A stretch of DNA of 50,816 nt, taken from positions 1-50,816 of the forward strand of contig DRBO01000099.1 of NCBI GenBank assembly GCA_011039385.1, written 5' to 3'. A program made the translations under genes and the position numbers. The number at the start of each line of letters is the position of its first letter. Position 1 is the first letter of the stretch. Positions 49,369-50,816 of the stretch are shown here, in pieces. A model generated the notes under the pieces. It did no database searches. It saw only the letters and a program-made list of their open reading frames with translations, and was not told the origin of the DNA. This DNA is from Chloroflexota bacterium. Its GTDB lineage: Bacteria; Chloroflexota; Anaerolineae; Anaerolineales; UBA11858.

Positions 49369-49847
49369 AAACAACCTCCGGGCTCTGCTTGATTCAATCC
49401 CTGGTGAAGCAGTGCCACAACTTGCTCGTGCGTACCCCGCAGGCGTTGGGCGATGACACCCGCTAATCTATTAAGTATCAGTATACCCGTTTCTGGGTGT
49501 TCCTGGCAAAGATTTTTTAAGTCCTCGCCGGCTATTCTGACAAATAACCCTTCCTGGGTGCAGATCGCTGAGGAAGTATAACAGGCACTACCCAGGGCGG
49601 AAGACCAGCCAAACACACCACCTTCTTTCACATCAGCAACGGACAGAATCGGTCCATCGTCTGGTTTAAAGCGAATGGAAACCCTCCCATCGATGACAAA
49701 GTATAAATATGCGGCCGGATCGCCCTGCTCAAAAACCGTCTGATTGGCATTAAATCGAATATCTCCCATGATCGGACTGAGAATCTCCACCTGATCCTGG
49801 GAGAAACCTTCTAATAGTGCAAAACGAGCCAATAAAGCAGAGTCCAT
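49365..49847 (-). CDS. Stand-alone cyclic-nucleotide-binding (cNMP/Crp effector) domain protein, no HTH
   Basis: Start at MDSALLARF (ATG 49847, AAGAGG SD), 160 aa. Beta-roll region with GDPAAYLYFVIDGRVSI and GGVFGWSSAL. Its TGA overlaps the NifU-like ATG (ATGA). Confidence 0.8.
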   Translation of the reverse strand: MDSALLARFALLEGFSQDQVEILSPIMGDIRFNANQTVFEQGDPAAYLYFVIDGRVSIRFKPDDGPILSVADVKEGGVFGWSSALGSACYTSSAICTQEGLFVRIAGEDLKNLCQEHPETGILILNRLAGVIAQRLRGTHEQVVALLHQGLNQAEPGGCL

Positions 49848-50065
49848 TCCATACCTCTTTTGCTGGCAGCTGCGTTCCTTTCTGTCCCCCGGGAACAATT
49901 CAAGTACCATTAATGAGAGTACTATACTCAAAATAGGGCTTCTTTATTAGTGGAAAAACTCACAAAAGGAAGGACAATAATCACTCTTTGGGCAAAAGGG
50001 TTTTGGTTAAAACTCCTAAAATCAAGAGCGCCGGAATCTCCCGGCGCTTCCATCTGATATGTCGA

Positions 50066-50816
50066 TCATTTTTGCAGAATCAATCCTGCCGCCCGGCGGC
50101 CGATCTCAACCGCAAAATTTGTCCCCCGATCCCAGGGGTAAACCTGGCTCATGCTGGCAAAATACAGCCCCTCGACCGGTGTTTGAATGGGAGGGATGTG
50201 CCGGGAATGATCTAGTGCCGGCACAGGCTGGGCATACTTTGTGCGGTGCAGCCAGGATTTCTTGACCCAGGAAGGATCAAATTCGGGATTGATCTTCTTC
50301 AGCGGGGGCAGGAATTCCTCCAGGATCTGTTCTTCTGTCATTTCAAAATAGGGGTGGTCCGCATCCCGGTAATCCCCACAGTAGAGGATGTGATCCCCGC
50401 CAAAATAGTCGGGGGAGAGATAGTTGGTATGCTCCACCACAGCCAGGAAAGGAAAACCCTGGTCTTTGGGAATGTTGTACCAGTAATACCCTGCTTTCGA
50501 AAGCTGTTGGGAAAGGGACAGGGTTAGCACCACCGCCCCCATACTCTTCAGGTTCATCAACCCGGCAGTGTAGCTATCTGGCAGACCAGGAACCATCCCG
50601 GATAACAAGGCCGGTGAGGTAGTAACCAGCACCCGGTCAAATTTCTGGCTTCCGCCAGCGGACCTGACCTCCAGCTCAGGCGAGATCTCCAATACCGGTC
50701 TTTGGAGACGAATCTCCACACCCAGACCTTTCAAGATATCAACAAAATCATCTGTAAAAGCCTGGAAACCACCCACATAGGTGCCCAGCCGTGATGTCCG
50801 GGCATGCATTCTGGCC
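50066..50816 (-). CDS. C-terminal part of an FAD-dependent amine-oxidase/phytoene-desaturase-like oxidoreductase (5' end outside window)
   Basis: Frame is open to the window end. The C-terminal LYFASMSQVYPWDRGTNFAVEIGRRAA resembles the FAD-binding closing motif of this superfamily. A hairpin at 50026-50050 lies downstream. Confidence 0.65.
   Translation of the reverse strand, partial: ARMHARTSRLGTYVGGFQAFTDDFVDILKGLGVEIRLQRPVLEISPELEVRSAGGSQKFDRVLVTTSPALLSGMVPGLPDSYTAGLMNLKSMGAVVLTLSLSQQLSKAGYYWYNIPKDQGFPFLAVVEHTNYLSPDYFGGDHILYCGDYRDADHPYFEMTEEQILEEFLPPLKKINPEFDPSWVKKSWLHRTKYAQPVPALDHSRHIPPIQTPVEGLYFASMSQVYPWDRGTNFAVEIGRRAAGLILQK

Overview
Gene-dense, moderately GC-rich chromosomal segment (GC not computed) that looks like an anaerobic bacterium. 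My guess is Chloroflexota/Anaerolineae-like, which is inference only. I support about 45 protein genes and one three-tRNA operon (Phe-Gly-Cys). I saw no rRNA, CRISPR array, transposase, integrase or recognisable defence genes.

Housekeeping content: comM/yifB, secDF, panB, uvrA, rnhA, radA, dus, peptidases, and an ADP-forming acetyl-CoA synthetase.

Main points:
1. A 9-kb co-directional C1 cluster on the minus strand: folD, fhs, fdhD, NuoE-like, NuoF/HydB-like and a formate dehydrogenase alpha subunit. The ORF track splits the alpha subunit, but it is one gene read through an in-frame TGA selenocysteine codon (CARL-U-HSS) with a SECIS-like hairpin just downstream.
2. A tightly coupled trio: SAM methyltransferase, GH3-family adenylating enzyme, and a 7TM-GAF-HD-GYP membrane sensor.
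3. An uncharacterised ~420-aa protein in front of a two-subunit class I CoA-transferase.
4. An MFS/double-GNAT/HAD/methyltransferase operon. It sits behind a structured leader with a good promoter, an SD-preceded 24-codon ORF and two tandem intrinsic terminators.
5. A DUF3786-like gene plus two CooC/AcsF-type Ni-insertion ATPases, with no CODH/ACS in the window.

All functional calls rest on motif recognition by eye. No database searches were run.
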